This document shows, piece by piece, positions 45,880-59,700 of a DNA stretch of 64,000 nucleotides; position 1 is the first letter of the stretch, and each line of letters starts with the position of its first letter. The stretch is from Basidiobolus meristosporus CBS 931.73 (lineage: Eukaryota > Fungi > Basidiobolomycota): assembly GCA_002104905.1 (NCBI GenBank), contig MCFE01000045.1:1-64000 (forward strand). Direction: 5' to 3'. The notes under the pieces are model-generated. The model made no database searches and had not been told where the DNA came from. It worked only from the letters and a program-made list of their open reading frames with translations. The translations under genes and the position numbers were made by a program.

Positions 45880-46599
45880 TTGGGAGTCCGCTCAACCTCG
45901 TCCTCTCAGCTTCGAACGAATATGTCGTTTTATGTACCTGATCATCCATGGTTCCCCGACATCAACGGGTTCTTTTACGGAGTCGGTGACGTCCAACAAC
46001 AACAATCGCAGATCTTCTCTACTCTGAAAGATCGCATGGTCTCTTTAAGCGATGCACCCGACCTACCGATCTCCGAAGTCCCCAAGCTGATGCACGATAG
46101 TTTCCTCGCCCAGTACGACCCCTTGGTGGCCTCGCTGAACCCTTCCCTCAATCTACAACCTAATATACTTGACATGACAAATCCACTCGAGTGCTACGCG
46201 CCCTTCCAAATGACTCAACCGGTGGTGGAGAGCAAGAAGCCTCGCCCGAGGAAGGAATCCTGGCCCAAGAAAAGCTCTAAGCCCAGTAGCCGGCGTTCCT
46301 CCACAGCCTCGTCCTCTGATCCTGCCGACAGGCCCTTCCAGTGTGATCACTGCGAGCGCGCCTTCACACGTAAACACGACTTGCAACGGCATGTGCGTCT
46401 TCACACCGGCGACAAGCCCTACCACTGCATCGTCTGTAATCGAGGATTCGCCCGAGTCGATAGCCGTCAGAGACATTATCGCGTGGAGGAGAGCTGCAGA
46501 AAGATCCTGGAGGCGTTTGATTCTTTGAATCAGAGATTCCCCATCACCACCAAATTCCCGGTCACTTACTTCGAGCCCTCTCGTAGGTTTTCCCAGTAG
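45880..46599 (+). CDS. Two-finger C2H2 zinc-finger transcription factor, third paralog
   Basis: CDHCERAFTRKHDLQRHVRLHTGDKPYHCIVCNRGFARVDSRQRH; likely start MSFYVPDH near 45922. Confidence 0.9.
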   Translation: MGVRSTSSSQLRTNMSFYVPDHPWFPDINGFFYGVGDVQQQQSQIFSTLKDRMVSLSDAPDLPISEVPKLMHDSFLAQYDPLVASLNPSLNLQPNILDMTNPLECYAPFQMTQPVVESKKPRPRKESWPKKSSKPSSRRSSTASSSDPADRPFQCDHCERAFTRKHDLQRHVRLHTGDKPYHCIVCNRGFARVDSRQRHYRVEESCRKILEAFDSLNQRFPITTKFPVTYFEPSRRFSQ

Positions 46600-47187
46600 T
46601 CACCTTCGACCCTTACTTCCAACATGTATACCCTCATGTATATATTCCAGTGTATCAGCATTACTCGTGTTCTCTCTCTAATCTCAATGTACATAAAGGT
46701 CGCTGATTTCAAGATTATCGACGCGCACGGTAGATACCGTACCTCGTTTCAAACCGGATTTCTCCCACCCCATTGAGCAATAACCATCACCCCACTCAAT
46801 CCATCAACCCATTGCCCTCCAATGAGCACGCACACCGTCCAAAAAGAGTATCAGTCCGATGGATATGATCCCCAAACTGGCCTCTCGATTAAGCTTAAAC
46901 AAGGTGTAACCTTCATTTTCCAACAGCTCGTTTTGGATGGGATCGTGAAACTGTATTCCATCCGGATGTGGAGTCTATATGGAAGCATATGGATCATGCT
47001 GTATTCGTTACACGCTGATACTGTCCACCTGTGGACGCTCGAGAATGGTTCGTTAATCTATGGGTGGTTGGTTGAGCACATAAGCCACCCCATGTCTGTA
47101 TACGCTACATACGCTATATACGCTTTTTACAACATTTCCTTTTATTAGTTGAATGGATGAAATGCGACATAAATAAATGCTAGGATT

Positions 47188-49445
47188 CTACTGATCAATC
47201 TCAAGATCAGGGATTTCGGTTTGCTTATAGTTGGCAGAGAGGATGGGTCGGATGACGGACTCGAAGTAGGGCACTGGTTGCTGAGGGTTATTGGCCTTGA
47301 CGAGGTTGAAGTAGGCCTCGTAGATGTTTCCATCGTATCTGCCCAGAGGGGAGTTGATGATGTAATCGGTGTAGTTGAAGGAGTCGACCAGTGGGATGGC
47401 GTCCTTACGGATCACCGAGCACAGATGGTTGACTTGCTCACGAATGACCGAAAGCTGGGATGCGGTGAAGTACTCACAGCTGAGGAACTCCCCGGCATTT
47501 TGCTTGATGCTGTGGAGACCGTAGAGTAGGCAGAGGTTGGTCAGCACGGTACGAATGCTCTCAGGCGCTTGGCGTACGGCATCCGCGAAGCGATTGAAGA
47601 TGTAGCCATAGCTGTGCATACGGGCGGCATGCAGACGCTCAACTGCGCAGCTCTCCAAGGCGGCATCTTTACTGATTCCCTTGGCCTTGGCTGCCTCGTA
47701 AATGTCGGCCGAGATCTTGACTGCATTGGCAGCAACTACACTCCATGCCTCAGAGATGGTATCCAGGTTGGCGATGGATGCGACATCATCGCCTGGACAT
47801 TTCAAGGCGCTCAACTGTCCAGCGTTCTTGAGGTAGCTGAATCCTTTGGAGACATTCTTTCCTCGCTTGATATCAAGGTATGCGGTGATCAGGGAACGGC
47901 CGGTTTGAAGGGTCAGGATGGTGTTGTCCCCTTCCCAGGTGCATTGAATGGCGAAATCGGAATACATTGATGCCAATCCAGTGTATCCAGAGTACCCGTG
48001 GCCACCACACGCTTGGCGACACTGCTCAATGGCGCTCAGACAGTTCCATGTACAGAACGCCTTGAGTCCAGCGGTGGTAGCGTGGGTCTCCTTGAGGAGC
48101 TCGATGGTTTCAGAGAGATCTTGGCCCGGGCGGGCATTCTCTAACTGATCCATCAATTGGTTGTACAGCTTTTGGACCTCAGAGCTGGTGAAGTTCACGG
48201 CCACTGCCTCGGCCAACAGAGGCAGCAGTCGATTCTGGTGGATCACATAATCCAAGATCTTGGTCTCCGGCTGCTTAGGGTTGGAAGAGAACTGGCGACG
48301 GACTGCAGCATATCTCAGCGCAATGGTGAGGGCTTTCTTGGCGTAGTTTGCACTATCCCGGACCATGGAGACTCTGCCACCAATGAGCGCGCCGTAGGCA
48401 AGCTGAGCGAGTGGGGGCTGGATGACCTTACCAGTGCGGGTGACCTGTGCGTACTTCATCAACATGTTTTGTCGAGGAATGCGGACGTGTGTGAACTGGA
48501 TCCAACCGTTGTCAATACCATCTCGACCCATTTTCTTGCCAATATCTCCGATGTTGATGCCTGGCAGCAGGTTGAATGTTTTGGGATCGCGAAGAGGGAC
48601 TACGAATGGTTTGACACCGTAGTTCTTGCCCTTCACGATCAACTGAGCGAAGGCGGTTGTGTGAGTTGCTGTATGGGCCGCACCACCAATCCACCATTTG
48701 GTGGCGGTGACGGTGGGCGTATGAACGATGAACTCGTCGGTAGCTTCATCGAAAGTGGCGGTGGTCTCAAGTCCAGCCACATTAGATCCATGTCCGAGCT
48801 CGGTCATGGCAAAGCAGCCGGTAACTCCGTTCAAGGCCAGAGCCCCCCTCTTGACCCAATATTCATATTGGGCAGGGGTGGCTTGGCCCTGGATTGTGCT
48901 GAAGAATAGGCCAGTGTGGACACCAAGTCTGGTGTAAAAAGCGGGGTCAACCAATCCCATGAGAATCATTCGTTTGTGGAAGGACTCCTTGGATTCATTG
49001 GCCAAATAAGGAAGAACGTTTCGGAGTTTCAGCAATGTGCGCTCTCTCACTTCCGGAAGGGTCAAGTTGTAATGATCATCCATTCTCCATAGTGGGTCTC
49101 TTTCCAGTTGAAACATGAATTTCTCGGTCAGCTAATGGGTGAAAGCCGGAGTATTAGGCTTCGTTCATGGTACAGGAAACAACTGCTGGGACAAACCTTG
49201 GTCTCCTCTTCGCCACCGTCCAAATAGTAGGTTAGCTCGCGTATGGGGAAGGAGGGGTTCGCACGCTCCTCAGCGAGGCTTTCGGTAGGTCTAAAGTGAA
49301 TCCATTGGTTAGTACGAACACTCGATAGTACCCCTTGATTTGTGGCTTACTTAGGTGGTTGACTCTTATTTACAGTGGAGGTCTGCTTTTTAGGCTCCAA
49401 ATGGGCCTTGATAGAAGCAAGACGGGTATCGGTATTTGGAGTCAT
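47188..49445 (-). CDS. POX1: Peroxisomal acyl-CoA oxidase, copy 1
   Basis: CFAMTELGHGSN, KWWIGG, KMGRDGIDNG, CRQACGGHGY, TWEGDN; two short 5' exons from MTPNTDTRLASIKAH. Confidence 0.95.
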
Positions 49446-49864
49446 GAAAGCGGTTGGTGGGTTATAGAACAGGTGCGAAGGGGAACTTTAGTACAGATGG
49501 GTACAGTATGGTCGATTTATATATATACATCGGAATCGGGTCGGGTTTAGGCAGCAGCGAATTCAGATGACAAAGAAAATCAATGATGTGAGCCAACGTA
49601 ACCCAAATTGGTAACACTGAGATGGATCCCCTGGGCTTCAACCAATTGCGGCATTCCAGTGTGTAAGCCCTCTTTTATTTGAGATTGGAGTTGGTCCACG
49701 GGAATCCCATCATGTCTAGGAACATTTGTTTCGTATTAGTCATTCGATTTAGTTACTGAGAATCACATTTATACGTATATCACACAGCAGGCACGTGATT
49801 CTGGCCATTAAATGTACAAGGATCAGGTGGTAAACGAAATATAAATATTGATGGATTGGATCAA

Positions 49865-51593
49865 TCAAATAAGGCCCAGTTTACGCGCCATCCACACCAA
49901 GAACACCCCTAACATCGACATGAAGCACACGATGGCATAAAACCAGCCAAGACTTTCTTCATCATCCTGGCCAGGGACCTTTACATTCATCCCCCACAAC
50001 CCGGTGATGATGTTCATCGGGACAATCACCGAGGCGAGTAGGGTCATCTTGGCCATAACGTCGTTGGTACGGTTGGCGGTTTGGGTGATTTCGATGTTGA
50101 TCTGAGCCAGATAGTTGGCATGGGATCGGGAGAGGATCTTCTCGTAGTGGTTTGCGCTTTGTAACATGGTCAGGATGTGATCTAAGTTATAGGGAGAGGA
50201 GGGCCTAGTTTAGCAATCGGTTAATGCCAGCGCCGTGACTGTGGTTACCTTCGATGTCCCCTAAGTACAGTCCGATGTCGGCCACCGGGCTAGGCAAAGA
50301 GTTGTATTCTTTGCATCGTTTGATTAGCCTCTTCACCACATCCGCCTTGGGCCCGAGCAGCCGTAGCAGGCCCATGACCACTTTGCGGGCGTATCCAATC
50401 CGGCGTAACATGTCCGCCTGCTCGGTTTCTTTCAGGATGAGCACTAGCTCGTCGATGGAGTCCGCCTCGAACTCGATGTTCTGAATCAGGGGTCCAAATG
50501 CATCGGTAACATCGTCGATGATGGCATAGTTGACCCAATCTAGCGCAATATCAGTAAAGCTGTGCTGGTAAAAACGAATTGCCACCGCCAACAATCCACT
50601 AACCTGGCGTGACCTTGATGATGTTCTTCAAATGTCGGATTCTCCGAAGTACATTCGACACATGTGGGATCGAGCGAAAATGGAACTGGGCCGGGGATAG
50701 ACACGTTAGATTCAGTGGGGCAATGGATCGGACCATCAGAGTACCAACCGTGAGGATTCCTTCCTGCATGATGATGTTGTATATGCTGATGGGCTCCATG
50801 TAGGTGGAGCTGTTGGGATCTTGGTCGAATGTTCGGTAACAGATGAAATAATAATTTGTGAAAACCTCGAATTTTTCTCGCGTTTCTTCCCCCTGGATAT
50901 CCTCCGTAGTAAGGGGGTGGATCCTAAAGACCTGTGGGTGGGGTGAGGGGTTGGAAGGATTACTCGGGATTCTGAAAATCCACGAACCTTACTCATTGCC
51001 TTGAGTTCAGCGTCGGTTGGATCCAGTACGTCCAGCCAAAAGTGATCTCTAAGCAGTTCAGGTAGACTTTCGTTGTCGGTAGCGATTTCGTGGAAAGAGC
51101 GGGAATAGACGATCCCCGTGGTGTCGGAAAAAAACGTGAACCGATAGCGGGTTTCCTGGAAAAGTGTGAGCTTGGTCCAAGACGAAGCGGGGAAAGGATT
51201 AGACGTGGTTACCTGGCTTTTGAACGAGAGGGCCTGGGATTTGAAGGTCGTCTGTTTAGTGGGTAAGGTTGGCTGGATGGTGGGCGAAGCCACCTCTTCT
51301 TGGGTTTTTTCTTCCAAGTATCCCTTGAGCGCCTCAAAATCAATCCCTTCTTCGCCGGAGGGGACAACTTCTGGAGGCAAGCAAACGTCATCGTGGGAAA
51401 GAGCGCTTGCTGAGTCGAAGTTCCCGTCCTCGATATTAAAGGCAACATAAGCTGGCACAAACTCGGGGTCCTCCTCCTCTTCGATCACATTGATTCTTAG
51501 TTCCACTTCCGGTGTCCCGTAGAGTTGATTGGGAAGCGAGCGACTCAGCAGCGGTGTGGTGGGTGAAGTAGGGGCGGATTGGGAGTAGGGCAT
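49865..51593 (-). CDS. CorA-family Mg2+ transporter (Alr1/Mnr2-like); multi-exon
   Basis: FWLDVLDPT, spliced FRIHPLTTEDI, AIIDDVTDAF, GLWGMNVKVPG followed by a second TM helix. An alternative start is at 51629. Confidence 0.93.
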
Positions 51594-52307
51594 TTTGGCT
51601 GGTGAGAAGGATCTGTTAGAGCCTGGCATCCCGAAAAATATGCGGACGTATGAAAACAGCGGGTTGCTGACAACCTTGGTAACCTGTGATAAGGAGACTG
51701 ATTGATAACCGCAACAGTCACTTCCCAATTCCATGACTCAGCACGTCAACCCATGATCATTGGTGATTTCAAGAAGGGATGGGTTTATCAAGGGCATAAT
51801 ATGGAGGTTTAGAGCTTTCATGCCTTTTCATTGACCGGGCTGATTTTTAAGCCACTTCTCAACACTTGAATTCCTATGTTTGCCACCGATCTTTGTCAGA
51901 AAATCATTCCCTGACTTGGAGTTGTTTCCAGGTGATTAGTTCAGCATCCTTGGAGACTTTAGTCACAAAAAAATCATTCAAGTGTGACACTAGGAAATAA
52001 CTTACCAATTATATGTAATAATATAAGCTGACTACAAGAAGTTGTTGATGGGTCAAGGCCAAGTAGCAAGGTTCCTGACTAAATAAACAACAGGATCAGT
52101 CAGATTTGGAGATTTTCATACTGCATGTAATATTTTTAAGTTAAATCATGGATAGGCTTGAAGTTGGTGAAACCAGATGGGACTCAAGTCCTCCATGATC
52201 ATGAGCCCTGAGCATTAAGCAACATTGCTTCCTATTAGATGAGTGGATGGGTACAACATGTTTATTTGGTGAATGGATGAAGTGAGACATAAATAAATGC
52301 TAGGATT

Positions 52308-54572
52308 CTACTGATCAATCTCAAGATCAGGGATTTCGGTTTGCTTATAGTTGGCAGAGAGGATGGGTCGGATGACGGACTCGAAGTAGGGCACTGGTTG
52401 CTGAGGGTTATTGGCCTTGACGAGGTTGAAGTAGGCCTCGTAGATGTTTCCATCGTATCTGCCCAGAGGGGAGTTGATGATGTAATCGGTGTAGTTGAAG
52501 GAGTCGACCAGTGGGATGGCATCCTTGCGGATCACCGAGCACAGATGGTTGACTTGCTCACGAATGACCGAAAGCTGGGATGCGGTGAAGTACTCACAGC
52601 TGAGGAACTCCCCGGCATTTTGCTTGATGCTGTGGAGACCGTAGAGTAGGCAGAGGTTGGTCAGCACGGTACGAATGCTCTCAGGCGCTTGGCGTACGGC
52701 ATCCGCGAAGCGATTGAAGATGTAGCCATAGCTGTGCATACGGGCGGCATGCAGACGCTCAACTGCGCAGCTCTCCAAGGCGGCATCTTTGCTGATTCCC
52801 TTGGCCTTGGCTGCCTCGTAAATGTCGGCCGAGATCTTGACTGCATTGGCAGCAACTACACTCCATGCCTCAGAGATGGTATCCAGGTTGGCGATGGATG
52901 CGACATCATCGCCTGGACATTTCAAGGCGCTCAACTGTCCAGCGTTCTTGAGGTAGCTGAATCCTTTGGAGACGTTCTTTCCTCGCTTGATATCAAGGTA
53001 TGCGGTGATCAGGGAACGGCCGGTTTGAAGGGTCAGGATGGTGTTGTCCCCTTCCCAGGTGCATTGAATGGCGAAATCGGAATACATTGATGCCAATCCA
53101 GTGTATCCAGAGTACCCGTGACCACCACACGCTTGGCGACACTGCTCAATGGCGCTCAGACAGTTCCATGTACAGAACGCCTTGAGTCCAGCGGTGGTAG
53201 CGTGGGTCTCCTTGAGGAGCTCGATGGTTTCAGAGAGATCTTGGCCCGGGCGGGCATTCTCTAACTGATCCATCAATTGGTTGTACAGCTTTTGGACCTC
53301 AGAGCTGGTGAAGTTCACGGCCACTGCCTCGGCCAACAGAGGCAGCAGTCGATTCTGGTGGATCACATAATCCAAGATCTTGGTCTCCGGCTGCTTAGGG
53401 TTGGAGGAGAACTGGCGACGGACTGCAGCATATCTCAGCGCAATGGTGAGGGCTTTCTTGGCGAAATTGGCGCTGTCTCGGACCATGGAGACTCTGCCAC
53501 CAATGAGCGCACCGTAGGCAAGCTGGGCGAGTGGGGGCTGGATGACCTTACCAGTGCGGGTGACCTGTGCGTACTTCATCAACATGTTTTGTCGAGGAAT
53601 GCGAACGTGTGTGAACTGGATCCAACCGTTGTCAATACCATCTCGACCCATCTTCTTGCCAATATCCCCGATGTTGATGCCTGGCAGCAGGTTGAATGTT
53701 TTGGGATCGCGAAGAGGGACTACGAATGGTTTGACGCCGTAGTTCTTGCCCTTCACGATCAACTGAGCGAAGGCGGTTGTGTGAGTTGCTGTATGGGCCG
53801 CACCACCAATCCACCATTTGGTGGCGGTGACGGTGGGCGTATGAACGATGAACTCGTCGGTAGCTTCATCGAAAGTGGCGGTGGTCTCAAGTCCAGCCAC
53901 GTTAGATCCATGCCCGAGCTCGGTCATGGCAAAGCAGCCGGTAACTCCGTTCAAGGCCAGAGCCCCCCTCTTGACCCAGTATTCATATTGGGCGGGAGTG
54001 GCCTGCCCTTGGATGGTGCTGAAGAACAAGCTAATGTGAACGGCGAGCCTAGTATTAAAGGCGGGATCAACCAAACCCATCAAAACAAACCGCTTTTGGA
54101 AAGACTCCATCGACTCATTGGCCAAATAAGGAAGAACGTTTCGAAGTTTCAGCAATGTGCGTTCTCTCACTTCTGGAAGGGACAGGTTGTAGTGACCATC
54201 CATTCTCCATAGTGGGTCTCTTTCCAGTTGAAACATGAACTTCTCCATCAGCTAATGCCAGGTGGGAAGGGATTAGGCTTCGCTTATGGAACAAGTAAAG
54301 ATTAGTCTGGTGCTCGAACAAACCTTGGTCTCCTCCTCGCCGCCGTCCAAGTAGTAGGTTAATTCCCGCACTGGGAAGGAGGGATTGGCACGCTCAGCAG
54401 CGATGCTTTCGGTGGGTCTACAGAGAAGTCGTTGGTTAGCGCCAATACTCCCAAGTGTTCTTCCGCTGTTAGGTTACCTGGGTGGTTGCTGAGTGTTTAC
54501 ATTGGAGGTGTGCTTCTTGGGCCCGATGTGGGCCTTGATTGAGGCAAGACGGGCGTCGGTATTTGGGTTCAT
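52308..54572 (-). CDS. POX1: Peroxisomal acyl-CoA oxidase, copy 2
   Basis: Same motifs as copy 1; 5' exons from MNPNTDARLASIKAH; offset 5120 bp from copy 1. Confidence 0.95.
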
Positions 54573-55782
54573 GGCAGTGGTTAGAGGATCAAATGAGAAG
54601 TGACACTTGAAGAATATAGCCAGGACGATATATATATTTCAGATTCTGGACGGATTTGGGAACGTATGCAGATGGTCCATAATGCATGGATTTCAACCAA
54701 TTGTCTATCGGCTATCGGTTAGAGTTGTAGGCTATTTTCAGTTACCAACAGTCTGCCTCGGATTTCCTTTGTAGGTATGGCATACAGCGTATTGATGGAT
54801 TGGCTTGATCAGATAACGCCCTCCGATAGATGACCCTTTATTACATAGTTGTTAAGGTTTGGGTCATTTGTTATGCTCCAGGGGAGCCGTTGGAGTGAAA
54901 ACATTTCCCCACTTTACTCGGAACCCTCGTTGGGGAAGTTTGCCGTCTTCCACAGTCTCCGAGGTCCATTGGTAATCTGATAAGGGTTGGATTTAGTGAC
55001 CAAGGCTATTTCTCCATTAAGGAATGGCCTCCTTCAGTGCGGATCAGATTACCAATTGTTGTTTTATGCTAGTTACGACAACTGGTGCATAAAAGTGTTA
55101 CACTTGATATCCATTGGCCGGGTTTCCTGGCTTTTGTCCCTCGCGTTGTAGGATATGTAAATCAACGGTAATGGTTGCGATGCATGGATCTGAGCACGAG
55201 ACATGCTGGACGATCGTGGAATAATGAGATGCCCCAACCTCCTTGTACGTGCCGCGAATTTGCTTTCGTTTTTTTCGCAGCCGTCGGGACCTGGCTATCC
55301 CCAACGTTTGTGGACAAGTGGTTGTCGACCATGTTTTCTTGTTGTGAAATGCGCGCATTTTGTTGTGCGGGGTCATCATCCAAATGAAGCCATTTGCAAC
55401 CCGCTCTTGGGCGAAACACTTGGTCATGGCGAGTTGCATTAATACAGGAAGCAGAAATACCAGAACGTTTGGACCGCTTGAATGGTATGAACATGGTCCA
55501 ACCGTATCATGCCGATTTGCATTTGGCGTTTGGTGGATCAATTTTAATCACCGATTAATTTGTCACCCTAGGGTACAAATATGCGGGTAAGACATTCACC
55601 CTAAGCCGTTTCTAAACCTTTGCTCTTGTAGCCTTGAATTTTAAACCTAAAAAGGGCTGCGTCAGGGAGAATAATCTCTATAGGATGATGGTTGAGGGGC
55701 TACTACATATTGCCTGCAGTATGTTAAGTTCAGAGGATAAGTAGTGAGAGAAGTCATTCATATGACAAAACAGCAGATTAGA

Positions 55783-56790
55783 TGTGATAGTTAGTATCTG
55801 TATGAGCATCCAATGTACTCATGCAAAGCAGTTGAGCCCAGAGCACTTTCTTTTGTAAGAGCTTTGGAAATATTGGAAGTGATTGGGAGAACAAGTAGAT
55901 TATGTGGTTTTCCCTTAGTGATTTATTGAATGTAAAGGTAGTATTTATACTTTTACATGATTGTGGCAGAAAAAACACATATAATATGCTTGCAAAGGAC
56001 TCAAGAGCATGTGTGCAAAGTTTGGTGCTCTTTGGACATCTTTGAGAATTCACATGTTCTGCATTCCTGATGTTTTGGTGATAGCATTCTAAGTATATCC
56101 TGACAAGGAATTTGGTCAGAATTCTCTAAAATTTGAAGGTATGACTTAAGTAACTAACCTAGGTCAATGTTCAGGTGCAATTTTAAACTCTTACAATACT
56201 CCCACTTAACTAAATATCCATATTAACTAGTCCTTACTGTGATCTGAGATATTCAAGTTGGTGTCTGGCTAATGGTTTGGTAAATATGCCTGCAATCATT
56301 TCATCTGTAGGACAGTAAGTTAAGCTAGCTAAGTTGCTCTCCATAGCCTCATATATGAAAATATGTCAAATATCTATGTGCTTAGTTCTAGCATCAAGTG
56401 CTGAGCTTCTACTTGATTGTATACATCTTTGATTATTATGAAATAATGTAATAGGGACTCTTTGATACAAGCCCAAGTCATTAAGCATCTTTATTAAGCA
56501 CATGGATTTTTCTATAGCCTCACAGACTGCCATATACTCTGCCTCTGTGGTGCAAAGTGTTACAGTTGATAGCTTTCTTGATTTACACAAAAATGCTCCT
56601 TTACAGTGCAGAAAGCGGTATCCTGTGGTAGATCTTCTATCTTCTAATTCTGCCCCCAACCTGCATCAGAGTATCACAAAAGATCCTGTTCTTAATACTT
56701 ATAGGTGTACCTTAAGCAGATACTGGCAGCTCCTTTTAGGTATCCAAAAATATGCTCAACTGCTGCAATATGATCCCTTTGAAAAATGAT
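55783..56790 (-). mobile_element. Ty1/Copia relic: end of RT, RNase H, polypurine tract and probable 3' LTR (about 55783-56195)
   Basis: HIAAVEHIFGYLKG, DRRSTTGY, TTEAEYMAV, RTKHIDI; then aagtgggag directly before TGTAAG..., with TATAAAT, AATAAA and a terminal ...ATCACA. Confidence 0.85.
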
Positions 56791-56794
56791 TGGG

Positions 56795-59700
56795 ATAATC
56801 CCATCAAAAGGCTGTCACAAAGTTTTTATCCCATGACTAAGAGGTATTGACACAATTAGGACATCATGCAAAGACTGTTAAAAAGAACTGCACCTCTGAT
56901 CTAATAAAAACTTGGTCAAATTTTTTCATTACAGGGGTGCATCAGTGGCTCTTGATTGAATCTCTGACACTAAATTGACCACTATATTTCAGTACATTAA
57001 TTAATCTGCCTACTCTGAGTATTCCTCACATGTAATGCCTCCAAGGTCAGTTGGCTATCAGCACAGTTTCCTGTGAGTGTATTGAGGTCTGAGAGTAGAG
57101 GCTCAGGTAGTGGCAAGCAGCAGTGATCACACAAATCAACATGCCAGAATATCAATACAACAGATAATGATTTATTGTCAAGAGGGTCCCTATGGAAGAT
57201 TATTGAGATGATCCCATCAAAAGGCCGTCACTAAGCAAATGTCCCATGACTAAGAGGTACTGATCTTGTCAGGACACCATCCAGAGACCGTTGAAAAATA
57301 ATTGCACCCCAGATTTCACAAAAAACTTTGTCAAAATTTTTCATCACAACAATGTACAAGTGGCTTTTGAGTTGTTCCCTGCCAATTTGCCCACTTTCTG
57401 ATCCCAGACACTCTATTGCCTCCTGTGTTTGTGTGAATTGATTGGCTATTGCCTCTTTTTCACACTCCTTACTTCCTGACTCAACCATTTTGCTTACTTT
57501 TCATGCATACAAATTGATTTATTTCTGTTGAAACTTCAGTTGTACCTCAATTGCCAATTGTATTGACCTATACAAGTCTCTATTCCCTACACTAACATTA
57601 ATCCCAACCCCACACTCAACAAGTAACTCCATTAAAATCCATCACTCAATAAATATTTCTGCTGTAACACTCTGGTTCCACAACTTTGGCAAGAACCCAA
57701 TGGCTTTATGCCACTGTTCATTCACTGGTTCCCACATGTCCTGGTCTTCAGCCAGCACTACAAGGTCTAGCACCACATCTGCCAGTCTTTGCAATAAATC
57801 CTTGCAATATTCCAGTGCATTTTCTTGAGCACTGCTCTTGAAGAAGTGCAGCAACCTCTTGGTGTGCCTATTAATGCTCCAAAATTCCACTGAAGGCATT
57901 GTGATAGTCTTTTGAGCTCATGACATTATAGCCATGTCTGTCAGTGGGATCTCCACTCTATCAACAATGGAGGCTGTGGAGGCTGTGGTAGATGAGTTTG
58001 CTGAAAAAGGCAACTCATCTATCTTGCTGGAGTGTAGCTCAACTGGCTGCGCTTCCAACTCTTGCAAAAACAGCTGTTTTCTTGTTGGTAATTCTTCTTG
58101 GCTATGATGGGATTCAGTCTGTTCCTGGCTTGCAGCGTTAATTGGCAAGAACTGCAGCTTTTTTTGCATGCCTCAGGACTTTTGAACATTTAGTTCTCAG
58201 AGAAACAATATTGAGTTTGCTTATTAATGTTTCAAAATTCCACTGAAGGCATTGTAATAGTCTTTTAAGCTCTTGACATTGTAGCTTTGTTGGTCAGTGA
58301 GATCTCCACTCTGTCAACAATGGAGGATGTGGAGGCTGTGGTAGATGAATTGCCTTTTTCAGCAAACTCATCTACCTTGCTGGAGTGTAGCTCAACTGGC
58401 TGTGCATCCAACTCTTGTGAAAATAGCTGTTTTCTTGTTGGTAATTCTTCTTGGCTATGATGGGATTCCATCTGTTCCTGGCTTGCGGCATTAATTGGCA
58501 AGAACTGCAGTTTTTTTTGCATGCCTCCCTGTCTCAGGCTTGGGTAGACATTTTACCTTAAACTTTTTCCTTTATCACTGCCAGGTCTTTCACTGCTACA
58601 TTGTCTGAGTGCTTCTTGTAAAGAAGTACATTTTCTCCTGGATAAATTCTGCTCTGACTCATCTGTTTTGGCCTGCTTGTCCCTTGCTGGCACTCTTCTG
58701 GTAACCTGATGTTTCTTTTCTGCTTTTTTTGAACTCTCAACTGTAGTTGTGATGAGCTCCTGTAAGAGTAGCTGGTTTTGTCACTGCCAGATCCTTCACT
58801 GCTACTTTGACTGGGTGCTTCTTGAGTGGTACTATGCTTTTTCCTTGATAAATATTGTGCTGGTGCATCCATGTCTGCCTGCTTGTCCATAATTAGCACT
58901 CTTCCAGCTACCTGATGTCTCTTTGATGCTTCTCTGGAGCTTTTGGCCCTGCTTGTAACAGGCACTGGAGGAAGCCACTGGTTTTTAGCCATGGTACCCT
59001 TGTTCTTCTGCCTTTGATAGTTTCTGCTATTCCTAAGATACTCTCTTAGCATACCAATACTGGCCCAAAATCTGTTTGCTGGTTTGAATCTAGTATAATG
59101 CTCATGAAACAAGTCAAGTGCATTCTGCTTGGCCTTGAGTTCCTGATGGTCTAATGGCATGCTGGCCTTAAGGTGATGGCATGCTAGACTTCTGACAGCC
59201 TCTTGTATATCAGCCCACTCTTCATTATTGCACTCAGTGGCTTCACAGATCTTCAATGTCTTTTGATTTTTAGGCTCTGGTATAAACACCACATTGTCTC
59301 CCTCCCACACTGTGTTAGGTTTTTCTGTGGCTTTATCTTTGGGCACTGTTGTTGTGCTTCAAAGACCGTACAGTGTTCCTCTGCTGTTACACTGGGAAAT
59401 GGCCCAATTCTTGGCTGTGACATTGAGCTACTTGAGTTCCTTCTTTGCAGCAACAATACTGCTTTCTCTGCCTGTGATACTGATTGCTATACACATATTA
59501 TCCACTCACCCTGTTTCTGGACTATTTCCTGATTTCTCTGGGCCATTGCATCTATCTTATCAGCAACTGCACCTAATTGCTTCATTAATGGTTTGCTATG
59601 AGCTGACAACATACTTGCTAATATGGGTGGTGGTGATGTTATCATGGCCACTTGCTGATCATCAATAGAGGGTACTGCATTTGCTATATTCTCATCTACC

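Noticed and set aside
47221-54212. Long plus-strand ORFs (250 and 311 aa) over the acyl-CoA oxidases, and 271 aa at 39423 over the Pumilio gene
   Set aside because: Antisense frames kept open by codon bias of the real genes.
55098-55590. Overlapping ORFs, one containing NPLLGETL like the oxysterol-binding signature
   Set aside because: No flanking OSBP similarity, and none of the six frames is convincing.
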